Shown here: in pieces, positions 43,514-43,525 of the stretch | How positions within the stretch are numbered: the stretch's first letter is position 1 | How the letters are laid out: every line of letters starts with the position of its first letter | From: a virus | Taxonomy: Duplodnaviria > Caudoviricetes | Direction: 5' to 3' (one strand) | IMG/VR virus record: IMGVR_UViG_3300049782_000030 | Location: 1-43,525 of that record | DNA length: 43,525 nt | Notes under the pieces: generated by a model | What the model saw: the letters and a program-made list of their open reading frames with translations, nothing else | Told to the model about the DNA's origin: nothing | Databases searched by the model: none | Program-made: the position numbers and the translations under genes

Positions 43514-43525
43514 GGGGTTGGGGTG

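Noticed and set aside
43480-43525. Hairpin telomere of a linear plasmid-prophage
   Set aside because: No protelomerase seen, the site is inside an ORF that continues at base 1, and the phage has an integrase

Overview
The window is essentially one complete genome of a very GC-rich temperate actinobacterial siphovirus. It appears circular: bases 1-30 repeat at 43484-43513 and an ORF reads through the join, giving about 43,483 unique bp. Gene order: (i) end of the early operon, with a C5 DNA methyltransferase carrying a nested out-of-frame gene, a RusA-like resolvase, two DnaA boxes, a replication initiator with internal iterons and an ART-like protein; (ii) putative late activator, late promoter and structured leader; (iii) a fibre-like module placed before the packaging genes; (iv) HNH, terminase, portal, MuF-like, scaffold and capsid genes; (v) connector and tail genes, with a GGGGGAA -1 frameshifted chaperone, tape measure and minor tail proteins; (vi) lysis cassette (collagen-like membrane protein, amidase, holin) with an embedded structured intergenic element and an Acb2/Tad1-like small protein; (vii) accessory morons including an XRE/DUF5919 + NUDIX pair; (viii) tyrosine integrase, a membrane gene preceded by a G18 tract, and an SOS box; (ix) repressor/cro switch with visible operators; (x) early operon with antirepressor, exonuclease, ERF recombinase and excisionase-like protein. 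No tRNA, rRNA, CRISPR array or reverse transcriptase was seen. All family assignments are by-eye motif recognition, not database searches.
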